Origin: Eledone cirrhosa
Lineage: Eukaryota
NCBI GenBank assembly: GCA_964016885.1
Contig: OZ024746.1
Location: 75,206,001 to 75,270,000, forward strand
Reading direction: 5' to 3'
DNA length: 64,000 nucleotides
Under the pieces are notes generated by a model. It was not told where the DNA came from, ran no database searches, and saw only the letters and a program-made list of their open reading frames with translations. This document shows positions 36,626 to 51,100 of this stretch, piece by piece (position 1 is the first letter of the stretch; every line of letters begins with the position of its first letter). A program made the position numbers and the translations under genes.

Positions 36626-37232
36626 GGTTACCCAAGCAAGTTTTGTATGGCGAACTGTTGCAAGGCAAACGCTTACGGTGCAAACCACACCAGCGCTTCA
36701 ATGACTACCTGAAAGATTCCTTGATGAAAGTCAACATCAACACGGAGACATGGGAAAATCTTGCAGCCGATAGAGCCCTGTGGCGAAATATCATAGCTGC
36801 TGGTGTTGTGGAATTTGAAAAGAAGCAGAGGGTCTATGCTGAAGCAAAGTTAGTAGAACGAGGTTTGAAAGTAACTCTTACCCGTGGAAATGGGGGCATG
36901 TATGTATGTCAGAGGTTGGGCTACTAAACGATAGCAGACGTCATACTCATGGAAATAACACCTTTGAGTACCCCCATATACCTTGATTTTGCATGTGGCA
37001 TCTTCACCAAAATGTGCCACTCTACAAGTGGGCTAATACGGCACCGCAGGGCGTGCCATATCAACCAGACTCAAGCAAGTCGGAAACTTAACTGCACTCT
37101 GTGTGTTATGGTATGTAAGTTACTTCCTGGTTTGATTCACCATCTAAGGTGGCATCAACTTCAACATCAATAACATGTTTTGGGAGTTTTCTGTATGTCT
37201 TATGTGTTTCGTTCTGAGAAGTGGCCGTACTG
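36625..37232 (+). pseudogene. RTE LINE 3' fragment with (TATG)n tail
   Basis: LPKQVLYGELLQGKR...WENLAADRALWR followed by degenerate C2H2 fingers; ends AGTGGCCGTACT then (TATG)n. Confidence 0.8.
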
Positions 37233-37296
37233 TATGTATGTATGTATGTATGTATGTATGTATGTATGTATGTATGTATGTATGTATGTATGTATG

Positions 37297-37903
37297 TCAG
37301 GTCACCAGTTGGTGCTAGTAGTAACATGTATCCCAGTACAACCTGTCTCATGGTCGGGTCGTTGACGACTAAACTGGCAGCTCCACCAAGGTTTCTTGGT
37401 GAGGAGCGTGATTTGGACATCCTGCAGGACTAAAAACAAAACCTGTCAAAGGGCAAAGGAGCTCTTAAGAGTCAATGGCCATCCAAAATCACCGGGAGAG
37501 ATGACCCCTTAGCCTTTGTCAAGGCAGAATTCTAGGAGAAGGAAAACCCTGATATAACACTTGCAACCCTGATGGTATCCAATGATGTTGACTTGTTCTT
37601 CTTTTTGGTAAATATCATCTTGGTTAAGAGAGTGGGACTGGCTTTGTGCAGTGCCTTTGCTCACTATAAAAGCTTCACGGCACAGGCATTGCTTTATATC
37701 TGGAGATCTCTCTGCACTTGTCATCACATGGTACCATTGACCCAGCACTATGTGTCAATAATTGTCACAAGTGTAGTGTTTGTACCAGAGTTTTCAAGTC
37801 GCTGGCTGGACTAAAAAGTCACACTCGTTCAGCTCATCGGTAGAGGTTCTCCTACATGGATATAAAGTAGTGGCCGTACTCGAAAACGAGTTGGCAGCCA
37901 CCA
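37297..37903 (+). mobile_element. Non-autonomous RTE-derived element of about 600 bp, flanked by (TATG)n
   Basis: Highly similar to 43260-43897, 44257-44713, 55278-55570 and 61487-62096 (minus); 3' part reads CSVCTR.FKSLAGLKSHTR and contains AGTGGCCGTACT. Confidence 0.85.
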
Positions 37904-37953
37904 TGCATACATGCATGTATGTATGCATGCATTCATGTATATATGTACGTATG

Positions 37954-38002
<49 letters not shown>

Positions 38003-38308
38003 ATATATGTAAATATAAACTTGAAACTAGTACAGCGTTCCTTTGTCAGTGTTGAACAAACGAGCAACGATGGTTGCTAGACACTACGGCTTAATACGGG
38101 ATGTTTGTTTACAAGCACACCGAGCATTATAATAAATGTTCGGTGAATCCATACGTACATATATATATGTGTGCATGTATGTATATATATATACATACTA
38201 CTGTACGTCTGTATACATATATGTATGTACGTGTACATACTTATATTTAAGTAACAGCCGTACTAAGAGTGGGAAATGAAATTTCGTTTCATTTTTACCG
38301 TTTATATA

Positions 38309-38365
<57 letters not shown>

Positions 38366-38450
38366 TACTTTCCTTAAATATGGAGTACTAATTCGAATAA
38401 TGGTCTTACTAGTCTTAATTCTCTCTCCCACTCTCTCTCACACACACATA

Positions 38451-38594
<144 letters not shown>

Positions 38595-38827
38595 GGGGAA
38601 AGGGAGAGAGAAAGAGAACCATACGCTTTAGTATGCTATGTTTTGCGATGATGATGCGCGTAGCGATTGTGTTGACAAGATGGTGGTGTTATTGTTGTTG
38701 GGGTTGAAGGAAGCAATGTTTCTGATGAGGAAAACATTAGTGATGGCTATGATGGTGGTGGCACCGTCAGTGATTATGATGTTGGTGATAGTGGTAGTGG
38801 TTGTGGTGATGATGATGGCGTTCGTGT

Positions 38828-41800
38828 TATATTGGTGTTGGATATGATAGTACAAGGTATATTGGTGTTGGAGATGGTAGTACTAAGTGTATTGGTGTTG
38901 GAGATGGTAGTACTAGGTATATTGGTGTTGGAGATGGTAGTACTAATTGTATTGGTGTTGGAGATGGTAGTACTAGGTGTATTGGTGTTGGAGATGGTAG
39001 TACTAGATGTATTGGTGTTGGAGATGGTAGTACTAATTGTATTGGTGTTGGAGATGGTAGTACTAGGTGTATTGGTATTGGAGATGGTAGTACTAGATGT
39101 ATTGGTGTTGGAGATGGTAGTACTAGGTGTATTGGTGTTGGAGATGGTAGTACTAATTGTATTGGTGTTGGAGATGGTAGTACAAGGTATATTGGTGTTG
39201 GAGATGGTAGTACTAGGTGTATTGGTGTTGGAGATGGTAGTACTAGGTGTATTGGTGTTGGAGATGGTAGTACTAGGTGTATTGGTGTTGGAGATGGTAG
39301 TACTAGGTGTATTGGTGTTGGAGATGGTAGTACTAGGTATATTGGTGTTGGAGATGGTAGTACTAGGTGTATTGGTGTTGGAGATGGTAGTACAAGGTGT
39401 ATTGGTGTTGGAGATGGTAGTACTAGGTGTATTGGTGTTGGAGATGGTAGTACTAGATGTATTGGTATTGGAGATGGTAGTACAAGGTGTATTGGTGTTG
39501 GAGATGATAGTACAAGGTGTATTGGTGTTGGAGATGGTAGTACTAGGTGTATTGGTGTTGGAGATGGTAGTACTAGGTGTATTGGTATTGGAGATGGTAG
39601 TACTAGGTGTATTGGTGTTGGAGATGGTAGTACTAGGTGTATTGGTATTGGAGATGGTAGTACTAGGTGTATTGGTGTTGGAGATGGTAGTACTAGGTGT
39701 ATTGGTGTTGGAGATGGTAGTACAAGGTGTATTGGTATTGGAGATGGTATTACTAGGTGTATTGGTATTGGAGATGGTAGTACTAGATGTATTGGTGTTG
39801 GAGATGGTAGTACAAGGTGTATTGGTATTGGAGATGGTAGTACTAGATGTATTGGTGTTGGAGATGGTAGTACAAGGTGTATTGGTATTGGAGATGGTAG
39901 TACTAGGTGTATTGGTATTGGAGATGGTAGTACTAGATGTATTGGTGTTGGAGATGGTAGTACAAGGTGTATTGGTATTGGAGATGGTAGTACTAGGTGT
40001 ATTGGTGTTGGAGATGGTAGTACTAGATGTATTGGTGTTGGAGATGGTAGTACTAGGTGTATTGGTATTGGAGATGGTAGGACAAGGTGTATTGGTGTTG
40101 GAGATGGTAGTACTAGGTGTATTGGTGTTGGAGATGGTATTACTAGGTGTATTGGTATTGGAGATGGTAGTACAAGGTGTATTGGTGTTGGAGATGGTAG
40201 TACTAGGTGTATTGGTATTGGAGATGGTAGTACAAGGTGTATTGGTGTTGGAGATGGTAGTACTAGGTGTATTGGTATTGGAGATGGTAGTACAAGGTGT
40301 ATTGGTGTTGGAGATGGTAGTACTAGGTGTATTGGTATTGGAGATGGTATTACTAGGTGTATTGGTATTGGAGATGGTAGTACAAGGTGTATTGGTGTTG
40401 GAGATGGTAGTACTAGGTATATTGGTGTTGGAGATGGTAGTACTAGGTGTATTGGTATTGGAGATGGTAGTACAAGGTGTATTGGTGTTGGAGATGGTAG
40501 TACTAGGTGTATTGGTATTGGAGATGGTAGTACTAGGTGTATTGGTGTTGGAGATGGTAGTACTAGGTATATTGGTGTTGGAGATGGTAGTACTAGGTGT
40601 ATTGGTGTTGGAGATGGTAGTATTAGGTGTATTGGTGTTGGATATGGTATTACTAGGTGTATTGGTGTTGGAGATGGTAGTACTAGGTGTATTGGTGTTG
40701 GAGATGGTAGTACTAGGTGTATTGGTGTTGGAGATGGTAGTACTAGATGTATTGATGTTGGAGTTGGTAGTACTAGGTATATTGGTGTTGGAGATGGTAG
40801 TACTAGGTGTATTGGTGTTGGAGATGGTAGTACTAGGTGTATTGGTGTTGGAGATGGTAGTACTAGGTGTATTGGTGTTGGAGATGGTAGTACTAGTTAT
40901 ATTGGTGTTGGAGATGGTAGTACTAGGTGTATTGGTGTTGGATATGGTATTACTAGGTGTATTGGTGTTGGAGATGGTAGTACTAGGTGTATTGGTGTTG
41001 GAGATGGTAGTACTAGATGTATTGGTGTTGGAGATGGTAGTACTAGATGTATTGGTATTGGAGATGGTAGTACTAGATGTATTGGTGTTGGAGATGGTAG
41101 TACTAGGTGTATTGGTATTGGAGATGGTAGTACTAGGTGTATTGGTGTTGGAGATGGTAGTACTAGATGTATTGGTATTGGAGATGGTAGTACTAGATGT
41201 ATTGGTGTTGGAGATGGTAGTACTAAGTGTATTGGTGTTGGAGATGGTAATACTAGGTATATTGGTGTTGGATATGGTATTACTAGATGTATTGGTGTTG
41301 GAGATGGTAGTACTAAGTGTATTGGTGTTGGAGATGGTAGTACTAGATGTATTGGTATTGGAGATGGTAGTACTAGGTGTATTGGTGTTAGAGATGGTAA
41401 TACTAGGTGTATTGGTGTTGGAGATGGTAATACTAGGTGTATTGGTGTTAGAGATGGTAGTACTAGGTGTATTGGTATTGGAGATGGTAGTACTAAGTGT
41501 ATTGGTATTGGAGATGGTAGTATTAGGTGTATTGGTGTTGGAGATGGTAGTACTAGGTGTATTGGTGTTGGAGATGGTAGTACTAGGTGTATTGGTGTTA
41601 GAGATGGTAGTACTAGGTGTATTGGTATTGGAGATGGTAGTACTAGGTGTATTGGTATTGGAGATGGTAGTACTAAGTGTATTGGTGTTGGAGATGGTAG
41701 TACTAGATGTATTGGTGTTGGAGATGGTAATACTAGGTGTATTGGTGTTAGAGATGGTAGTACTAGGTGTATTGGTATTGGAGATGGTAGTACTAAGTGT

Positions 41801-42790
41801 ATTGGTGTTGGAGATGGTAGTACTAGATGTATTGGTGTTGGAGATGGTAGTACTAGGTGTATTGGTGTTGGAGATGGTAGTACTAGGTGTATTGGTATTG
41901 GAGATGGTAGTACTAGGTGTATTGGTGTTGGAGATGGTAGTACAAGGTGTATTGGTGTTGGAGATGGTAGTACTAGGTGTATTGGTGTTGGAGATGGTAG
42001 TACTAGGTGTATTGGTGTTGGAGATGGTAGTACTATATGTATTGGTGTTGGAGATGGTAGTACTAGATGTATTGGTATTGGAGATGGTAGTACAAGGTGT
42101 ATTGGTGTTGGAGATGGTAGTACTAGGTGTATTGGTGTTGGAGATGGTAGTACTAGGTGTATTGGTGTTGGAGATGGTAGTACTAGGTGTATTGGTGTTG
42201 GAGATGGTAGTACTAGATGTATTGGTGTTGGAGATGGTAGTACTAGGTGTATTGGTGTTGGAGATTGGTAGTACTAGTTGTATTGGTATTGGAGATGGTA
42301 GTACTAGGTGTATTGGTGTTGGAGATGGTAGTACTAGTTGTATTGGTATTGGAGATGGTAGTACTAGGTGTATTGGTGTTGGAGATGGTAGTACTAGGTG
42401 TATTGGTGTTGGAGATGGTAGTACTAGGTATATTGGTGTTGGAGATGTAGTACTAATTGTATTGGTGTTGGAGATGGTAGTACTAGATGTATTGGTGTTG
42501 GAGATGGTAGTCCTAGGTGTATTGGTGTTGGAGATGGTAGTACTAGATGTATTGGTGTTGGAGATGGTAGTACTAGGTGTATTGGTGTTGGAGATGGTAG
42601 TACTAGGTATATTGGTGTTGGAGATGGTAGTACTAGGTGTATTGGTGTTGGAGATGGTAGTACTAGATGTATTGGTGTTGGAGATGGTAGTACTAGGTGT
42701 ATTGGTGTTGGAGATGGTAGTACTAGGTATATTGGTATTGGAGATGGTAGTACTAGATGTATTGGTGTTGGAGATGGTAGTACTAGTTAT
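38828..42790. repeat. 30-bp minisatellite, about 132 units (ATTGGTGTTGGAGATGGTAGTACTAGGTGT)
   Basis: Exact 30-nt period with a +1 indel near 42264 and a -1 indel near 42446. Confidence 0.97.
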
Positions 42791-43211
42791 GACAGTGGTG
42801 GTGGTGTGATGGTGGTAGTGGTGGTTATGAACCTCTAGGTAGTCAGAAAAGAAGGAAGTCGGCGCCGAATTTGGCCCCGTACTTAAGGTCTGTTAGCGCC
42901 ACAGGGGCCAACGAGGGTCCCTATTGGGCTATTGTTACATCTGATGTTGATATGTTGTTCGTGGGGTGGGGTTAGATGTGTTTTAGGTGTGGTTACGTCA
43001 TTTTATTTATATAATGTATTCATGTATGTATGTATGTATGTATGTATGTATGTATCAATGTATGTATGTATGTATGTATGTATGTATGTATCAATGTATG
43101 TATGTATGTATGTATGTATGTATGTATGTATGTATGTATGTATGTATTCATGTATGTATGTATGTATGTATGTATGTATGTATCAATGTATTATGTATAT
43201 ATGTATGTATG

Positions 43212-43245
<34 letters not shown>

Positions 43246-43259
43246 TGTATGTATGTATG

Positions 43260-43897
43260 TCAGGTCACCAGTTGGTGCTACTGGTAACATGTATCCCAGT
43301 ACAACCTGTCTCATGGTCGGGTCGTTGGCGACTAAACTGGCAACCCCACCAAGGTTTCTTGGTGAGGAGAGTGACTTTGGACATCCTGCAGGACTAAAAA
43401 CAAAACCTGTCAAAGGGCAAAGGAGCTCTTAAGAGTCAATGGCCATCCAAAATCACCGGGAGAGATGACCCCTTTAGCCTTAGTCAAGGCAGAATTCTAG
43501 GAGAAGGAAAACTCTGATATAACACCTGCAACCCTGATGGTATCCAATGATGTTGACTTGTTCTTCTTTTTGGTAAATAGCATCTTGGTTAAGAGAGTGG
43601 GACTGGCTTTGTGCAGTGCCTTTGCTCACTATAAAAGCTTCACGGCACAGGCATTGCTTTATATCTGGAGATCTCTCTGCACTTGTCCTCACATGGGCCC
43701 AGCACTATGTGTCAATGATTGTCCTACCATGGGCCTAGCACTATGTGTCAATGATTGTCACAGGTGTAGTGTTTGTACCAGAGGTTTCAAGTCGCTGGCT
43801 GGACTAAAAAGTCACACTCGTTCAGCGCTTCGGTAGGGGTTATCATACATGGATGTAAAGTAGTGGCCGTACTCGAAAACGAGTTGGCAGCCACCAT
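43260..43897 (+). mobile_element. (TATG)n-flanked RTE-derived element
   Basis: Full copy with a short internal duplication near 43693-43760. Confidence 0.85.
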
Positions 43898-44093
43898 GTA
43901 TCAATGTATTATGTATATATGTATGTATGTATATATGAATGTATGTATCAATGTATGTATGTATGTATGTATGTATGTATGTATGTATGTATGTATGTAC
44001 GTATGTATGTATGTATGTATGTATGTATGTATGTATCAATGTATGTATGTATGTATGTATGTATGTATGTATGTATGTATGTATATATGTATG

Positions 44094-44127
<34 letters not shown>

Positions 44128-44177
44128 TGTATGTATGTATGTATGTATGTATGTATGTATGTATGTATATATGTATG

Positions 44178-44211
<34 letters not shown>

Positions 44212-44256
44212 TGTATGTATGTATGTATGTATGTATGTATGTATGTATGTATGTAT

Positions 44257-44713
44257 CAAAGGGCGAGGGAGCTCTTGGGAGTCAATGGCCATCCAAAATC
44301 ACCGGGAGAGATGACCCCTTAGCCTTTGTCAAGGCAGAATTCTAGGAGAAGGAAAACTCTGATATAACACCTGCAACCCTGATGGTATCCAATGATGTTG
44401 ACTTGTTCTTCTTTTTGGTAAATATCATCTTGGTTAAGAGAGTGGGACTGGATTTGTGCACTGCCTTTGCTCACTATAAAAGCTTCACGGCACAGGCATT
44501 GCTTTATATCTGGAGATCTCTCTGCACTTGTCGTCACATGGTACCATGGGCCCAGCACTATGTGACAATAATTGTCGCAAGTGTAGTGTTTGTACCAGAG
44601 TTTTCAAGTCGCTGGCTGGACTAAAAAGTCACACTCGTTCAGCGCATCGGTAGGGGTTCTCCTACATGGATATAAAGTAGTGGCCGTACTCGAAAACGAG
44701 TTGGCAGCCACCA
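44257..44713 (+). mobile_element. (TATG)n-flanked RTE-derived element, 5'-truncated
   Basis: Starts inside the (TATG)n tract that follows the previous copy. Confidence 0.85.
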
Positions 44714-45184
44714 TGTATGTATGTATGTATGTATGTATGTATGTATGTATGTATGTATGTATGTATCAATGTATTATGTATATATGTATGTATATATGTA
44801 TGTATGTATATATGTATGTATCAATGTATGTATGTATGTATGTATGTATGTATGTATGTATGTATCAATGTATTATGTATATATGTATGTATATATGTAT
44901 GTATGTATATATGTATGTATCAATGTATGTATGTATGTATGTATGTATGTATGTATGTATGTATGTATGTATGTATCAATGTATTATGTATATATGTATG
45001 TATATATGTATGTATGTATATATGTATGTATCAATGTATGTATGTATGTATGTATGTATGTATGTATGTATGCTTGTATGGATGAATGTATGTATGTATG
45101 GTTGGATGGATAGAGGGATGTGTATATTTATATGTATACACGAATAGAAACATGCCAACGTACACACATTCACACACATGCATG

Positions 45185-45243
<59 letters not shown>

Positions 45244-45398
45244 CGTACACACACATACACATCTATACATATATATGTACGTATGTATGCATGTATGTGC
45301 ATACACCCACCCACGAACACACACACATATATATATATATATATATGTATACATCTATATACACACACATAATATGCACACACATACACATACGCCAA

Positions 45399-45857
45399 GG
45401 CGGTGGATTGGCAGTATCGGTGGAGAGTCGGACGCCATGCTTTCCAGCATAGTTACGTCCCTTTACGATCTGAGTTCAAATCCCGCCGAGGTTGACTTTG
45501 CCTTTCATCCTTACGGAGTCGATAAAATAAAGTACCAGTAATGCACTGGGTAATTGCTGGCCTTGTGCCTAAAGTAGAAACAATTATGTTCATGTGCACT
45601 GTGTGAAGACATAAGGGTTCGTGTCTCAACGTTGTAAAGTCAACTCTACTATAGTATGACATTCAATATTTGTTTCTACGTTAGGCACAAGGCCAGCAAA
45701 TACCCAGTGCATTACTGGTACTTTAGTTTATCAACCCCGTAGGGATGAAAGGCAAAGTTAACCTTGGCGGGATTTGAACTCAGAATGGCAAGGGCCGTAA
45801 CTCTATACGTCAAAGCATGGCGTCCGACCCTCTACCAATACTGCCAATTCACCGCCA
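45399..45857. mobile_element. Inverted pair of tRNA-SINEs
   Basis: Plus copy 45399-45586 and minus copy 45668-45857; the minus copy has TSD TGACATTCAATATT (45657-45670 / 45862-45875). Confidence 0.88.
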
Positions 45858-47409
45858 TGTGTGACATTCAATATTGCATGATGCTTTAACACAGGTCTGC
45901 ATCATGGGGCTGCAATTACTTGTGCATCGGTGCACACTGACACACAGAATGTGCAATATGAACATCATTAACAACAGCAACAGTTACTAAATAGCTACAA
46001 TAAAACTATTATCAACAGCACCAACAACAACACCAACACCAACACCATCAGCACCACAACCTCTATAACCAACAATAACAACACTAACACCAACACACCA
46101 CCACTACCAACACCACCACCACCACTACCTACTACCATTACCACACCACCACCACTACCACCGCTACCATTACCATCACTACCACCACTACTACTACCAC
46201 CACCACCACCACCACCACCACTACATCCGCCGCCACCACTACCACCACTACCACCACTACCACCACCACCACCACCACCACTAGCAGCAACAACAACGCT
46301 AACACCAACACACCACCGCTACCACTACCACCACTACTACCACCACTACCACCACTACTACTACCACCACCACCACCACTACTGCCGCCACCACCACCAC
46401 CACCATCACCACTACCACTACCACTAGCAGCAACAACAACACACCACCATACCGCCACCACCTCTATCACCACCACCACTACCACCACTATCATCACCAC
46501 CACCACCACCACCACCACTAGCAGCAACACCAACGCTAACACCAACACACCACCGCTACCACTACCACCACTACCATCATCACCACAACTACTACTACCA
46601 CCACCACTACCACTACCACTAGCAGCAGCAACAACAACACCACTACAAACACCACAGCTACCACCACCACCAACAACAACAACAACAACAAAAACAACAT
46701 TACATAGATAAACCCAGACAATATGGTTGCTGTAACCTTGACAACTGATGTTATCAACATTATTATTGAGGTTAATCAGGGTGTAAAGACTGAGGAGGGG
46801 GGGGGGGGTTACTTGTTTTTGTAAACATCATCATCACAACCATCGTCATAGGCACTTTCGTCACCACCATCATCACCATCATTATACTCACCTTCGCCAC
46901 CATCATCATCACTATGTACATCACTATATAACCCAATTCCAGTTACAAGGCTTGTGTTTCCTCAAAGCTCTGTTAAAAACAGTTATTCAAGATGGGATGT
47001 AACTTCATGATTGCGAAAGGAACTTCTTAACCACTCAACCAAGGGCCTTGTTTTTGGAGGGTCCCAGGGGACAAGTCCCGCCACTTTTTCAAACGTCTAT
47101 ATTTTATTTTTTGCTTATTTGATACAATAAATTCTTTTTAAGCTTATTTTTTTATATCTGAACTTCATTTGAGTATATAAAATTTAATTAGAGTAACATT
47201 TTACTTATGTAATAGGGTCCGGGAAAGGCACCATAAGCAATTTAGACTCCTTTAAGAATCAACAAATGTTGGTTTGTCCCCCTAACATTTTAAAGGCAAA
47301 CGAGGCCCCTACACTCAGCTATCTCTGTGTTTACATAGAGTAGGAAGATTTGAAATAAAAGAGGATTTTGTAGTAGTGGTAGCATGGACAATGATGACAC
47401 CTTTGTGAT

Positions 47410-47790
47410 GTCAATTAACAGCAATCTCTTCCCCTCTTTATATCTACTAGACGGAACTCTCTCCCAACCTCTCTCTATATCAATTACCACCAAACTATCC
47501 CCCTCTCTATATATACCATACACCACTCTTTCTCATTCCCTCTTACTCTATCCATCACCACCAAACTTTCCCCCTCTCTATATCTATCAATATCTATCTC
47601 TATCAATCCTCTCAGTCTATTCATTACCACCAAACTCCCTTTCTACATCAACAATACAAAACTCTCTCCCAATCCCCCTCTATATATCTACTTTTCACCC
47701 CCCCCCCCACTCTCTCTATATCAAATAACACGAAACTCTCCCCCTCACTATATCTGCTACACGGAACTCTTTTTTAACCCCCTCTCTGGA
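47410..47790 (+). repeat. Degenerate CTCTCTATATC..ACCACCAAACTCTC minisatellite; inverted relative at 53380-53810
   Basis: Recurring motif of about 30-40 bp on opposite strands either side of LINE copy 2. Confidence 0.7.
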
Positions 47791-47814
47791 AAGAATTGTA
47801 AATGGTGAATTAAC

Positions 47815-47978
47815 AATATTGTTTCTGGCTTCGAGAAACTCTTCTTCTCAAGACTGCCGCTGAGGTAGTTTGCTATACAACCAAGTACTCTGAATAATTA
47901 CAGGTATAAACATAAGATATAGTCCAGGTGGAGTAACTGGTAATTTCTCATTTGTTCGGTATAGAGGTTTCACTAATC
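47815..47978 (-). pseudogene. Decayed R4/Dong-like endonuclease fragment
   Basis: Nucleotide similarity to 54400-54520 (ACAGGTATAAA...GGTGGAGTA...TTTCTCAT). Confidence 0.5.
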
Positions 47979-48139
47979 AGGGGCGGTGGAATTGGGGGTC
48001 CAGGTAGATAATACACCCCCCCCGCCCCCGAATAATTGTTTTTCCCCAAACTACCAAAACACGCATCTATTTGTATATGCGCTACAACTTATGTACATTT
48101 TATATAGAGATAGATATAAATGGGAGAGACAGATATAAA

Positions 48140-51100
48140 TTTCTATTTATTTGCCACCAGGGCATCAAAGATTGGGACAAATACAAAGGGGGGAGTTTAC
48201 ATACATTTAAAAAGACGTGTAAAAAACATATAACAAATTAAATTTAACAATCGATGTCCTCAATAGGGAGGGGTGTTGACATGGGTCGCACACACCCCCG
48301 AAAAAAATGTGCAACCCTCCTCTTCAAGAACACAAAGAGCGGGTGCTTCCTTCCTCTTCTCATTCTTCTCCTCTCTCACCTACAGGCTGATATAGAGAGA
48401 AGGCCCATTCACTCGGGCCATTCTCGCTACTTTCACCCACCTTTCATAAACCTTGCTGGAGTAGAGCACCTCTCTCTCCATTCTGATCCTTCTTCTAAAG
48501 TGGTACTTGAAAAAAAAGACCAGTTGTTGGCCGGAGAGAAAGGTGTCTGACCTCAGCCCTTTCAACCTTGTCCACCATACAACTTCTTTCGCCATAGATA
48601 TCACACAGAGGAAAACCGCCTCTCCTTCGTTTTTGAAAGGGGGAGGCGGTTTGATCGTGACAATGTTCTCGGTGGTCAACCGGATTGGTCCCACCCGCGA
48701 CAGTAGTCGTTCCACATAGCCCCACAGGTCAGCAACGCCCGGGCTGTGTACAAATGCGTGTGCGACGGTTTCCTCGTCACGCACGCATCTCGGGCAGATC
48801 TTCTTCGAGGGGTCCCTACCCGGGCGCCCGTGTCTGTAGAGCTTGTCCCGAACGGATAGAGCTCCTCGGTAACATTGCCAAGCCAGGGACTTTTGCGAGT
48901 GTTTTCTCTGGGCAAGGTACGACGGTCAAGCGGTAGTAGATGACGGACGCTATATAAGCGTTCGCCACCTCCGCTCGACCTTTCAGGGATAGTTTGTACT
49001 CGGCCCACTTCTGGGCGAGTGCAAACACCTTGCCCATTACCTCGTCCCAGTTTTTCTCCACCTGGAGGTCCGGTCCAAACCAGGCCCCGAGCAGCTTCAC
49101 CGGTCCCTCCGTCCAGCGTCCGACGATGCCGTCGGAGGGCATCGTTTTGCCCCTCCACGTCCCGAGTTGCAATCTGACGGACTTGTCCCGGTTCTGCTTG
49201 GCTCCTGTGAACCTTTCATATTCCTCCAGTAAGGTGCCGATCTGCCCGATTTCCGAGGCGCACGACACCATTACTGTCACGTCATCGGCGTAGGCCGACA
49301 CCGCTTTCCACAATCCCGGTTCCAAGGGGATGCCCTGCAACAGCTCCAGCTCGAGAGCCAACACATACAGGAGGGAAGAGAGAGGCCATCCCTGTCGGAT
49401 GGATCGCGGGTTTTGGAACGGCTACGAGAGGTAGCCGTTCACCTTGACCCTCGAGCAGGTGTTGCTGCTGTGCATTGCAGCAATCCAGCCTCTGAAAACG
49501 GGTCCGAAGCCTGCCACCGCAAGCACCGCATCAAGGTACCGATGGTCAACCCTATCGAACGCCTTAGATTGATCCAAGTTGATCAAGGCCCCACCAAAGC
49601 CGGGTTCGTTCCCTACCCTCTCTACGATGTATCGCATGAGGTGGAGGTTGTCGTGTATGGACCTGGACGGGATTGCGCATGTCTGTGCTTCTCCCACCAG
49701 GTTCCCGACGACAAGCGCCAACCTCTTCGCTAACACCTTGGCCAAAATCTTTAACTCTGTGTTTAGCAGAGTTATGGGCCTGAAGTTATCTATGTCATCC
49801 GCCTTGTTCTCGTCCTTCCTCACCAGTGTGACTACGCCCTTGGTCACAGAACTGGGAATTCTCCCGTTCTGTTGCCAGTTGCAGTAGACCGCCTCGAGGA
49901 GACCGGAGAACAAGCCCGGCATCGCTACATAAAGTTCGTATGGTAGACCATCGAGACCCGGAGATTTGCGTTTGCCGCATTGGCTCAGCGCTTCCCCTAT
50001 TTTAGCGGCTGAAATCGGCCTCTCGCAGGTCTTCCCCTCCCCGTCCGAGAGCCGCGCCAGACCGTCGAGGTATGGACCGAAATCCATGGCCCCACCCGGC
50101 CCGCCGCCCCTCCCGAACAGTCGTGCAAAGCGCCGTTGAAAGGCCGCGCTCATCCGCTCAGGTGCAAGGATCACGCGTCCATCCTGGTGCTTCAAAGACC
50201 CAATCGTGGACTTGTTTCCATTTTTTGCCTCTGTCACTCGGGCCCAGCTAACAGCTTTGGTTCCCTCGTTACCCAGAGCACGTATTTTACTCCTGACAAC
50301 GCAGCCCTCGTGCTTCGCATCAAAGAACTGGTCTAGGGCCGTTCTTGACGCCAGCACGCCGGCCACGTTGCCGCCACTCCTAATCGCCTCTTCTACTCTA
50401 TTTGTTAATTCCCTTTCAGTTCTATTCCTATCTGATGCTAATTCCCGACTAAAACCTATCGATTCTATTCTAATTTCTCTCTTGAGAGAGCCCCACCACC
50501 TGCTGTTGACAATTGCCCCCGTTAAACGCTGCTTAACTAGTGTGCTAATCCGCTTACTGTAAGCTTTGTTTGTCGGTAAAGACAAGTTTAGCTTCCAGTA
50601 ACCGGGTCCCTGTTTATGAGTTCTATCAAGGTTGACCACTCCGGTCACCAGCTTGTGATCCGAATAGTCAACCATGAACATTCGTGGACAGCTTAATATG
50701 TCCCTATCCTTATTTCTAACTAGGAACCTATCTAGGTACGACCTAGATGTTCCGCTAAGATTAGTCCACGTCCACAGTGGCACAGTCGGAAAATCTAGTC
50801 GATATCTTATCGGCCAGATCAAATCGGCCGATTAATCGTTTGAGGCTGTTACACCCACTCTATCGGAACATGCCCCTACATAGTCCCAACGTGCATCCAG
50901 GATACCATTCCAGTCCCCCACTAAAAGCAAGGAGCGAGACGTTCCCAGGAAATTCTCCAGCCGTCGGAAGAAGTCCGGTCGCGGTGTCCCAGATGGGGCA
51001 TACGCTGCCACCAGCCTGAAAGCTCCACCTTCACCACTGCCGACGTCTAAAATCACTAGTCGACCCTCCGGGTCCAGGTGTACCTCCTGTATGGCAAGAC

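Noticed and set aside
38828-42790. CRISPR array
   Set aside because: Contiguous units with no unique spacers, no cas genes, eukaryotic context.
38832-42809. 1325-aa plus-strand ORF ([10 protein letters not shown])n
   Set aside because: Product of a stop-free 30-bp unit; no unique domain, and it switches to another repeat frame at the indels.
43260-43345. HDV-like ribozyme at the 5' end of the RTE-derived element
   Set aside because: Hairpins and a GGCGAC motif are present, but I could not build P1/P3/P1.1 by eye; an Infernal or RNAMotif search would be needed.
45960-46760. Thr-rich or Val/Gly-rich ORFs
   Set aside because: Compound (ACC/ACT/AAC)n low-complexity DNA with no splice or domain support.
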